Assembly (NCBI RefSeq): GCF_029232205.1
Contig: NZ_CP107255.1
Location: 570,001-602,000, forward strand
DNA length: 32,000 nt
Source of the DNA: Candidatus Saccharimonadota bacterium
GTDB taxonomy: Archaea; Nanohalarchaeota; Nanosalinia; Nanosalinales; Nanosalinaceae
Direction: 5' to 3'
The position numbers and the translations under genes are program-made. The notes below the pieces were generated by a model, which saw only the letters and a list, made by a program, of their open reading frames with translations, did not search any database and was not told the DNA's origin. Below, piece after piece: positions 17,325-24,974 of the stretch (positions within the stretch are counted from its first letter, which is position 1; every line of letters begins with the position of its first letter).

Positions 17325-18596
17325 TTATCTGAATTTCCTGGCCATCTGTTCTGCATGTTGGAGGACTTTTTCTCGACCTATCTCCACCATTTCTCCACTC
17401 TGTACTACTATGTTCCCGTCGACAATTACATCATCTACGCTACCGGAGAATGAGTATACAAGGTTTGAAATCAGGCCTTTTTTGCCGTGGATCGGAGTCA
17501 TGTCCGGAGAGTCAAGGCCTATAGTTATCATGTCGGCTTTTTTCCCGATTTCTATTGATCCTATCTCGTTTTGAAGGCCTAGTGCTTTTGCTCCGTTTCT
17601 TGTGGCCATGTCAAGTATCTGTTGTTCATCTATTCTTTCTGGCGATTTCTCTTTGTGGATTAGCGAGGCTGTCTTTGCCTCCTCAAACAGGTTTAGGTTG
17701 TTGTTTGATGCTACGCCATCTGTTCCTAGAGCTACGTTTATTTCTCTTTCCAGAAGTTCTGGTACATCCGCTACGCCAGATCCAAGTTTGAGGTTTGCTG
17801 CAGGATTGTGTACTACGCTGCCTCCTTTCTCTGAAAGCAGTTCTTTCTCTTTCTCCGTCAGCCATACTCCGTGGGCCGCGATTAAGTCTTCATTGACCAG
17901 ATCCAGCTCATCAAGGTATTCTAGAGGTGGTTTTTCATTCTCCTCTATTGATTCGTTTACCTCTTTTTCTGTTTCGGAGACGTGGATATGGTAGGAAGTA
18001 TTGAATATTTCCGAGCAGTCCTTGGCCTCGAGTAAAAGTTGTTTAGATGCAGTGTATACTCCGTGAGGAGCAAAGCACGTTGCAATTCTTTCGTGGCCCT
18101 GATACTTCTCAACTAGTTCAATTCCTTCATTCAGCCTCCAGTCTCTTTCCCCATCGACATCCAGAAGGCCTCTTCCCAGCATTGCTCTTATTCCTGTCTG
18201 GTCTACTGCCTCTGCTACCTGATCCATATGATCATACATGTCGTTGAAGGTTGTCGTGCCGGTAGAAAGCATTTCAATACATGCAACCAGAGCACCAATA
18301 TATGCATCTTCGGCCTCCAACTTTTCCTCCGCTGGGAATATGTCTTCATGCAGCCAGTCCTCCAGCTCTTTATTGTCGGAGATTCCTCGTAGAAGAGTCA
18401 TTGATGCGTGAGTATGCGAGTTTATCAGGCCTGGCATCACTACCTTGTTACTGCAGTCGACTACTCTGTGGTCTCCTACAGGCATTTCATGGCCTATGCC
18501 TGCAATCCTGTCCCCGTGAATCAGCAGATCTACATTTTCCAGTATCTGTCTATCATCATTCTGAGTCACCAGGTATCGAATATTTTTGAGAATCAT
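17325..18596 (-). CDS. mtaD: amidohydrolase-superfamily deaminase, 5-methylthioadenosine/S-adenosylhomocysteine deaminase-like (423 aa)
   Basis: Metal-binding NSHTHASMTLLRG. HIHVSET, AHGVWL and ALGTDG motifs are typical of the MtaD/SsnA/guanine-deaminase group. Confidence 0.85.
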   Translation of the reverse strand: MILKNIRYLVTQNDDRQILENVDLLIHGDRIAGIGHEMPVGDHRVVDCSNKVVMPGLINSHTHASMTLLRGISDNKELEDWLHEDIFPAEEKLEAEDAYIGALVACIEMLSTGTTTFNDMYDHMDQVAEAVDQTGIRAMLGRGLLDVDGERDWRLNEGIELVEKYQGHERIATCFAPHGVYTASKQLLLEAKDCSEIFNTSYHIHVSETEKEVNESIEENEKPPLEYLDELDLVNEDLIAAHGVWLTEKEKELLSEKGGSVVHNPAANLKLGSGVADVPELLEREINVALGTDGVASNNNLNLFEEAKTASLIHKEKSPERIDEQQILDMATRNGAKALGLQNEIGSIEIGKKADMITIGLDSPDMTPIHGKKGLISNLVYSFSGSVDDVIVDGNIVVQSGEMVEIGREKVLQHAEQMARKFR

Positions 18597-18636
18597 AAAG
18601 CTGTTATCCGGGCCTGAAGCTTAAGAATAAATCCTT

Positions 18637-19269
18637 CTACAGTGAGCCTGAGGAGAAGATCAGAAGCATTAATGTGGTGATAAGTAGTCCTGTAGAGGTT
18701 ATTCCTGTAATCAGCATTCTCAGTTTGACGTCGTCTTCTTCAATGTTTTCGTTGAGGAAGATCAGTACTGCGGGAGCTGCAAAACCTGCTAGAACCGGTA
18801 TTGCCTGAACAGGCCATGGAATAAACGACAAACTTCCTACACCTAATGCCAGGACTCCTCCAAGTATGAAAGAGGTGACAGCGCTCGCGATCAGGACAAG
18901 GCCTTCATCCAGTTCAATCTGATATCCATAGGAAAGATATCCTGATGATCCAAGAGTTACCAGAAGAGGTATCAGGCCTATTACAAATGTAACCGGTGTA
19001 AGGCCGCCATCGCTGACTGCATTTCTCTGCTCTCCTCCTGAGAAATTATATGCATCAAGATTACCGCATTCAACTTTTTCTACCTGCTCTCCGAAGAGCG
19101 TGGCATTGTAAGGAGAACCTGTAATATCTACAAAAGCACCATCCGAGGCCACATCACACTGAGCCCTCAAACTATCCTTGTAATCTTCCGCAGCTGACTG
19201 TGCCGATACTACCGAGGCCAGAGATACAAAAACTATCAGAAGCGATGCCAACTTGGCCTCTTTTCTCAT
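18637..19269 (-). CDS. membrane protein with signal peptide, small Cys-containing ectodomain and 3-4 TM helices (210 aa)
   Basis: Signal peptide MRKEAKLASLLIVFVSLASVVSAQS. Hydrophobic stretches in the C-terminal half. TATA-like ttaaataaatag on the minus strand about 30 nt upstream. Confidence 0.75.
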   Translation of the reverse strand: MRKEAKLASLLIVFVSLASVVSAQSAAEDYKDSLRAQCDVASDGAFVDITGSPYNATLFGEQVEKVECGNLDAYNFSGGEQRNAVSDGGLTPVTFVIGLIPLLVTLGSSGYLSYGYQIELDEGLVLIASAVTSFILGGVLALGVGSLSFIPWPVQAIPVLAGFAAPAVLIFLNENIEEDDVKLRMLITGITSTGLLITTLMLLIFSSGSL

Positions 19270-19445
19270 GTATAATCCCTTTTTCAGCCGCCTTAAATAA
19301 ATAGAGGGAATATATGTAGCTATACTCTAAACATATCCCTATTCTGTGATTAACAGGACAAAATTCACCAACTTCCAACCACTCCAAAACTAAGTACAGA
19401 ACATATTTGATTGATAACTCAAAGCAATCATCGAAAGATAAGGAT

Positions 19446-20471
19446 TTAATCCCCAGGCCAGTTTGGATAATTAACCGAAGGAGAGTCTTCTTGCCTGAGC
19501 ATTAATTTCTCACCAAGTTCTTTATCCAAACCTAGGATATCAAAAATTATCAGCTCAACTATCTTCTTGAGCTGCATTGGAGCTCTTTTATTATTCATGA
19601 GTTTTTCAGAGTCCATTTTATGGGCAATTGGATTCCTTATACTCCTATGAGTTTCTATTATATCTTCAATCTCTTCCTGTTCAAATTCAAAATCCAGCTC
19701 ATTGTTTAAGTACATTAAGATTTTGTGCTTTATGCTGTGTTCATACAGAAATTTGGCCTTAAACCGATGTTTGAAGAATTTTGCCTTTTGGGAATCCAGT
19801 TCCTGTTCTAAAAACCTATCTAATTTTTCTTTCAGATCCTTTTGCTCATCTCTGGAAAGTATTCTATTTTCCTCATTAGGTCTGACATATTTATCATAAT
19901 TCCTATTTGCCTGTTTCTCTAACAGCAGCCATCTCATTAGAAATTTTATCTCAAAAAGAGCTCCCTTCTCTAAGGAATAGAGGTAAACACGGATTGTGGA
20001 CAGAATATTTTGGCGCTCTTCTTCACTGGCATCAATTAAGGTTTCCAAGGCAACATCAACAAACTCAGAAATATCGCGCGTAAAGAACGCGCCTTTAGTA
20101 GAGATCCCCTCTATCAATGGAATGTTCTTGTTTGATATTCTCGGAAGATTTTTGGAAGCTACAGACCTAGACTTGTAACCCTTGCTGTATTTGTATCGAC
20201 CGTGATAGAATACATTTCTCCTATATGCAAAAGAAAAAATAAAGCTCAGCCAAGTTGCCAGATTCTTAGCTTTTTCCTCATCTCCAGTTTTTATGTAGCA
20301 TTTAGCAGTCTTCCAATTTTTATCTCTAAACTTAGAATTAAAATCTCTCCTACCCTCTTCAAAATCTTCGGCTACTTTAAGAGGTTCAATTCTCACACCC
20401 TCTGCTTCATATACGTAAACCTCTCCTTCAGGCAAATATAAATTAAAAAAATCAAAAACATATGTCGTCAA
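19446..20471 (-). CDS. HEPN-motif protein (341 aa), Abi/ApeA-like candidate RNase; compositionally foreign
   Basis: TTG start. C-terminal ETHRSIRNPIAHKMD carries the canonical HEPN R-N-x-x-x-H signature (R279..H284). The protein is K/R-rich and near-neutral, unlike the acidic neighbours. The DNA is visibly more AT-rich and has no AGGCCT copies. Confidence 0.75.
   Translation of the reverse strand: MTTYVFDFFNLYLPEGEVYVYEAEGVRIEPLKVAEDFEEGRRDFNSKFRDKNWKTAKCYIKTGDEEKAKNLATWLSFIFSFAYRRNVFYHGRYKYSKGYKSRSVASKNLPRISNKNIPLIEGISTKGAFFTRDISEFVDVALETLIDASEEERQNILSTIRVYLYSLEKGALFEIKFLMRWLLLEKQANRNYDKYVRPNEENRILSRDEQKDLKEKLDRFLEQELDSQKAKFFKHRFKAKFLYEHSIKHKILMYLNNELDFEFEQEEIEDIIETHRSIRNPIAHKMDSEKLMNNKRAPMQLKKIVELIIFDILGLDKELGEKLMLRQEDSPSVNYPNWPGD
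19620..19637 (-). other. codons for the R-N-P-I-A-H HEPN catalytic motif
   Basis: Verified codon by codon on the minus strand: agg aat cca att gcc cat. Confidence 0.6.
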
Positions 20472-20484
20472 ATCCTACACCTAG

Positions 20485-20497
20485 AAAAAAGAAAAAA
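20485..20497 (-). terminator. oligo-T tract (TTTTTTCTTTTTT on the minus strand) directly after the proS stop
   Basis: Read directly from the sequence; this is the archaeal terminator-type signal. It is the only sequence between proS and the SD-like AGGTG of the HEPN gene. Confidence 0.35.
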
Positions 20498-21976
20498 TCA
20501 GTAGTTCTTGGCGAAGTAGGCCCATCTTTCGGCTTTTTCTCCACAGACCGCGCACTCACCGTCAATATGGTCTTCTTTTTCTTGGATTGTTGCTGGTTTG
20601 GAGTCTTCTTCGAACGGCAGGACTACGATTTCTGCGCTGACTTCATCCTTGATCTCTTCTTCGCAGCTTTCTTTTCCACACCACCGGGTTTTGACGTATC
20701 CACGATTTTTGCCGATTGTCGCCAGAATCTCGTTTTTGGATTCTGCTTCGCGGATGTTTTCCTGTAGGTATTCTTCCAGTTCGTTGTAGAGTGATTCCTG
20801 AATGTTTTCCAGTACTTCTTCTGCTTCTTCGACGAATTCTTCTCTGTCCTGGCCCATTTTTTTCTCCCCGTTGTCTCTCCTGACTGGTGTAACTGCGTTG
20901 TCTTCTACTTCGTTAGGCCCGATCTCTACCCTGAGAGGTACTCCTTTCAGTTCCCATTCGTTGAACTTGTATCCTGGTGTTCTGTGGTCGCGGTCGTCAA
21001 GGTCTACTCTTAGGCCTTTTTCTTCCAGTTCTTCAGTTACTTCTTCTGCGTATTCTACGACTTCATCTCTGTTGTCTTCCTGATAGATAGGTACGACGAC
21101 CACTTGTGTCGGTGCAACACGAGGAGGCAATCTAAGACCGTCATCGTCACCGTGTGCCATGATCAAGGCACCGATCGTCCTCGTAGAGAGGCCCCAGGAG
21201 GTTGTCCACGCGGTTTGAGTTTCGGAGTCTTCATCCTCAAACTCGATTTCAAATGCCTCGGCAAAGTGCTGGCCTAGCTGGTGTGAAGTTCCTGACTGAA
21301 TGCTTTTTCCATCCGGCATCAAGGTCTCGATTGTTGTAGTATATTTTGCACCAGGGAACTTGTCATGCTCCGGCTTGTAACCAAGAATTGACGGAATAGC
21401 AAGATGATCTTCAATTACTTCCTGATACTGTTCGAGGCGGAGCATTGTTTCTTCATCAGCACCTTCTTCTGTTGCATGTGCTGTGTGGCCTTCCTGCCAG
21501 AGGAACTCTCGAGTCCTGAGGAAAGGCCTTGTGTCGGTTGCTTCCCATCTTACGACGTTGGCCCACTGGTTGAGTCTTAACGGCAGGTCTCTGTGAGATC
21601 GGACTTCGTCGGCCATGTATGGTGCGATTATGCTTTCGGATGTAGGCCTTACCGCAAGTCTTTCCTCAAGTTCTTTGTCTCCTCCATGTGTTACCCACGC
21701 GACCTCTGGATCAAATCCTTCTACAATATCTTCTTCTTTTTCCAGGTAGCTTTCAGGTATGAATAGTGGGAAGTATGCGTTTTCTGCTCCTGTATTTTCT
21801 ATCTTAGTATTGAAGTCTTCTTTGATGCTTTCCCAAATCTTCATTCCGTACGGTTTGATGATCATGCATCCTTTGACAGGTGCGTAGTCCGCCATTTCTG
21901 CTTTCTGTACTACCTGTGTATACCATTCTGAAGGATTCTGATCTTTCTTTACCGTGATTCCGAGTTCCTGGCTCAT
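20498..21976 (-). CDS. proS: prolyl-tRNA synthetase, archaeal/eukaryal type (492 aa)
   Basis: Class II aaRS motifs (FRxE-type TREFLWQEGHTAH, GTSHQLG). Anticodon-binding domain. C-terminal Zn-binding ProRS-C domain ending ...CAVCGEKAERWAYFAKNY. TATA-like ctatttaaag about 32 nt upstream. Confidence 0.95.
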   Translation of the reverse strand: MSQELGITVKKDQNPSEWYTQVVQKAEMADYAPVKGCMIIKPYGMKIWESIKEDFNTKIENTGAENAYFPLFIPESYLEKEEDIVEGFDPEVAWVTHGGDKELEERLAVRPTSESIIAPYMADEVRSHRDLPLRLNQWANVVRWEATDTRPFLRTREFLWQEGHTAHATEEGADEETMLRLEQYQEVIEDHLAIPSILGYKPEHDKFPGAKYTTTIETLMPDGKSIQSGTSHQLGQHFAEAFEIEFEDEDSETQTAWTTSWGLSTRTIGALIMAHGDDDGLRLPPRVAPTQVVVVPIYQEDNRDEVVEYAEEVTEELEEKGLRVDLDDRDHRTPGYKFNEWELKGVPLRVEIGPNEVEDNAVTPVRRDNGEKKMGQDREEFVEEAEEVLENIQESLYNELEEYLQENIREAESKNEILATIGKNRGYVKTRWCGKESCEEEIKDEVSAEIVVLPFEEDSKPATIQEKEDHIDGECAVCGEKAERWAYFAKNY

Positions 21977-22049
21977 ACATTGGTTTCTGAAGGCAACGTT
22001 TTTCTATTTAAAGAAAAGAGAGGTAGGAAAATGAAGATTTGGAAGTATG

Positions 22050-24974
22050 TTATGGTCGGGCCATGAAGAGGTAGGCTGTGCTGGATAGTAGCATGAGGAC
22101 TACGATCTGTGTGAGGCCTATTCCTGGCACTGCTTCTCCTGAGCCCTGTGTGCTGGAGATTGTCTGGTTGATTGGTTCTGTGACGTTTACTCTGATGCTG
22201 TCTGATCCTGTGATTGTTCCGTCTTCGGATTCTGCGTAGACTGTGAGTTGTGTGTTGTCTACGTTCTGGTTTCCTCCGTACAGGCTCATTGTGTATGTTC
22301 TTGATGATTCTGGGCCTAGTGTTACCTGGAAGGTGTCGCTTTTTGTGGATTCATCCTGTGAGAAGAATGACCATGGGTCGTTCCAAGGTGTTGAGGTTGA
22401 GTCTCTGAGCTCTACGTTGAATGTGAGTTCTGTGTTTTCTACGTTGATTAGCTGGAACTGTGCGAGCCTTGAGGATCCTCTTGGTACCTGTACTTTGTCT
22501 TTTCTGAATACTACAGGCCATTCTTCGTACCAGGAACCTCCGTAACATGAGATTACTCTTGTATCTCCTCCCAGGTCGAAGTCTATCTGTGCTCCGGGCT
22601 GGTATAGTTTTCTTTTAGAGGTTCCTACTTCGGAATAGTGTTCTCCATCTAGTATGCATGCTTCGCTGTTTGATGCTACTCCGACTACAGAGTTGTTGGT
22701 ATCACATAGACTTGTGACACAGTCCTGTGTAACAAGATATTCTGAGTCATCGTCTCCTCCACAGAATCCTGGTGTTGCTATTGTATCGTTTGTAACACCG
22801 TTTCTCTGGTCTGTCGAACCTGTTGGTACTGGGCTTGTTGACCCCAGACTGTTTGATGAAGTGAAGGTCTGTTCTGGCCTTGAGTCAATATTTCTTGATG
22901 TTTCTCCTTTCAATGCTCTCTGCTCTTCGATAAACTGGTTGAAGTCATCATCTATACCGCCCTTGAAAGCTGCAGGATGCTCAGCGATTTGACCTTCGCT
23001 AAACCATCTTATGCCTTCAGGCCCGTAAACTGTGTTCTCTCGGCAAAGCCTCTCCTTGAAGTCCTGATCATACCATCTTGCGACTTCGTCGTCGTCTACC
23101 ATTGCGCAGACTTCTTTATCATTTTTGGCTCTTCCAAAGTCCTCATCAGGCTCGTCGGTCTGACGGTACTCCTCTCTTTCGAATATCTTTCTGCCTTCAG
23201 CGCTTGTATCAACACATACGTCCTGTGAATCAGCACATGCATATTTGCCGTCTCCTGCTATAGATCTCTTTGACTCTCCCATCTCTTCGAGCAGGTATTC
23301 TCTCCTATCATCTCCACACATAGGAGGTTCTAGCAGTGGAGTAGTTTCACCGACAGTACCATTACTGTTTATCTCTTCATCAACCACGTTATCTCCATCA
23401 TTATCCTCGCCATCTGCTTCCCCTTCAAAGTATACGTTACCATACATGACGTACGACCGCGGTGATCCATACCCGGAACGGTAGGTTATACCTGCGTTGT
23501 CATCAAGATTAAATCCTAATCCCATATCAGGGCCTGTAATATCGATATTGTAGACTAGCTTAGGCTGCCATCCGCCTACAATCAGATCATTCATAGAACG
23601 GATGTCATCAGGATCAATCCATACTCCATCCCCTTCCCTAACTTCTCCGAAAGCTCCGGTAAAGTTATCTGCCGCTATAGCTGCGAAAGAGTTACCAAAT
23701 ACTTTCGAGGTCTTGGAAACACTGTCAGAAGTAAATGCTCCTGGATCGCTTGGAACTGTTCGGAAAGAGCCCGAGTAATCCCTGTGGTAGTAGGTACCTC
23801 CATCGCTGCTGTATGTAGAGTGGTAAAGACCTCCCTGTCTTATCTGTGCATCCTGACCTGTAGGACCTGGAGGATAGGCCTCTCCTCTGTTGGAAATAGA
23901 CCAGTTAAGATGCCTTGTAATAGCCCATTGATCTGCGCTTCCCTGAGAGCCATCAGAATCAGTCCAGATACCGTAGTCAGCAGGATTATAGGCGCTGGTA
24001 TCCATTCCAGGCTCCAGCTGGTTGCTTGACTCTTCAAGCTTGTTTACATAACCCTGATAGTAGTAATTAGTGCCACTTGCACTGTCGCCAGTAGGCATGT
24101 AATCCTCATCTCTCACGCCTACTCCAGTATAAGTCTTCTCTGCGGCCTTATCAACCGTAAAACTCCAGGTATCAGTAGTACGGCACTGACCTGTCCCATC
24201 ACAGGCCTCAATAAACCAGTTGTAAGTTTCGCCATCATTGAGGCCTTGCCAGTACGCTGTAACGGTGTCGCCGCTTGCAATATCTTTTGACTCTATAAGA
24301 GAACCGTCAGCCTGTTTGAACTCTACAGTCATCGAGTCATCATTTGGATCTGTAATTCGCACTGATAGATTGGTTGTTGTTCTTGTAACAGTTGCACCGT
24401 CCTCAGGAGTTCTGAAAGACGGCGTGTTCGGTTTATCTGCGCTTGAGGTAACTTTAACATCATCGATCCAGACCTGCCAGGATCTATCCTCTGGCTTGCT
24501 GCCACAGAAGCTAGAACTACTGATGCTCCCTGCTGTTAAAGTAAAATCTTTATCTGCTGACTCTACATTAGCCTCGTATGATCTCCAGCCTGAATCATAG
24601 CTGTTCCCTGACCGAACTCTATCAATAAGCTCTCTTACACCATTGGAATCCTCAATAAAGATTGTTCCAGTACCCCAGCTATCAAGCTGAATCCTGTAGT
24701 CAAACTCAAGGTATTGTGGCTGCCTGTTAAAATCAAAGGTCTTGCTTATACCTCCCTCACCACATATCTCATAACGATTTCCGGCCGTAGCTGATTCACC
24801 TGGAGTAGAGTAGCTTCCTGTAGTGTCAGCAGTACATGTATCCATCGCACGTCCTGTAGAAGAGCAACTCCAATCACTTTGAGTGCCGGAGAAATCCTCC
24901 TCATACATCTGTCCTGTCGCCGGAGCTGCAAAAAGCGCGACCATCAACAGGACTGTGATCAAGGCCTTTTTCAC
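22050..24974 (-). CDS. very large exported surface protein (974 aa) with an FN3/Ig-like domain, two Cys-framed modules, a CARDB-like C-terminal domain and a C-terminal membrane anchor
   Basis: GTG start overlapping the upstream gene's TGA (GTGA). Signal peptide MKKALITVLLMVALFAAPATGQ. FN3-like segment PNTPSFRTPEDGATV...YNWFIEACDG...WSFTVD. Asp-rich GEADGEDNDGDNVVDEE. C-terminal VPGIGLTQIVVLMLLSSTAYLFMARP. Confidence 0.85.
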   Translation of the reverse strand: MKKALITVLLMVALFAAPATGQMYEEDFSGTQSDWSCSSTGRAMDTCTADTTGSYSTPGESATAGNRYEICGEGGISKTFDFNRQPQYLEFDYRIQLDSWGTGTIFIEDSNGVRELIDRVRSGNSYDSGWRSYEANVESADKDFTLTAGSISSSSFCGSKPEDRSWQVWIDDVKVTSSADKPNTPSFRTPEDGATVTRTTTNLSVRITDPNDDSMTVEFKQADGSLIESKDIASGDTVTAYWQGLNDGETYNWFIEACDGTGQCRTTDTWSFTVDKAAEKTYTGVGVRDEDYMPTGDSASGTNYYYQGYVNKLEESSNQLEPGMDTSAYNPADYGIWTDSDGSQGSADQWAITRHLNWSISNRGEAYPPGPTGQDAQIRQGGLYHSTYSSDGGTYYHRDYSGSFRTVPSDPGAFTSDSVSKTSKVFGNSFAAIAADNFTGAFGEVREGDGVWIDPDDIRSMNDLIVGGWQPKLVYNIDITGPDMGLGFNLDDNAGITYRSGYGSPRSYVMYGNVYFEGEADGEDNDGDNVVDEEINSNGTVGETTPLLEPPMCGDDRREYLLEEMGESKRSIAGDGKYACADSQDVCVDTSAEGRKIFEREEYRQTDEPDEDFGRAKNDKEVCAMVDDDEVARWYDQDFKERLCRENTVYGPEGIRWFSEGQIAEHPAAFKGGIDDDFNQFIEEQRALKGETSRNIDSRPEQTFTSSNSLGSTSPVPTGSTDQRNGVTNDTIATPGFCGGDDDSEYLVTQDCVTSLCDTNNSVVGVASNSEACILDGEHYSEVGTSKRKLYQPGAQIDFDLGGDTRVISCYGGSWYEEWPVVFRKDKVQVPRGSSRLAQFQLINVENTELTFNVELRDSTSTPWNDPWSFFSQDESTKSDTFQVTLGPESSRTYTMSLYGGNQNVDNTQLTVYAESEDGTITGSDSIRVNVTEPINQTISSTQGSGEAVPGIGLTQIVVLMLLSSTAYLFMARP
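22053..22133 (-). other. PGF-CTERM-like sorting/anchor tail (P-G-I-G + TM helix + short basic end)
   Basis: Last 27 residues are AVPGIGLTQIVVLMLLSSTAYLFMARP. Haloarchaeal PGF-CTERM has P-G-F, then a TM helix, then basic residues. Here Phe is replaced by Ile. Confidence 0.45.
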
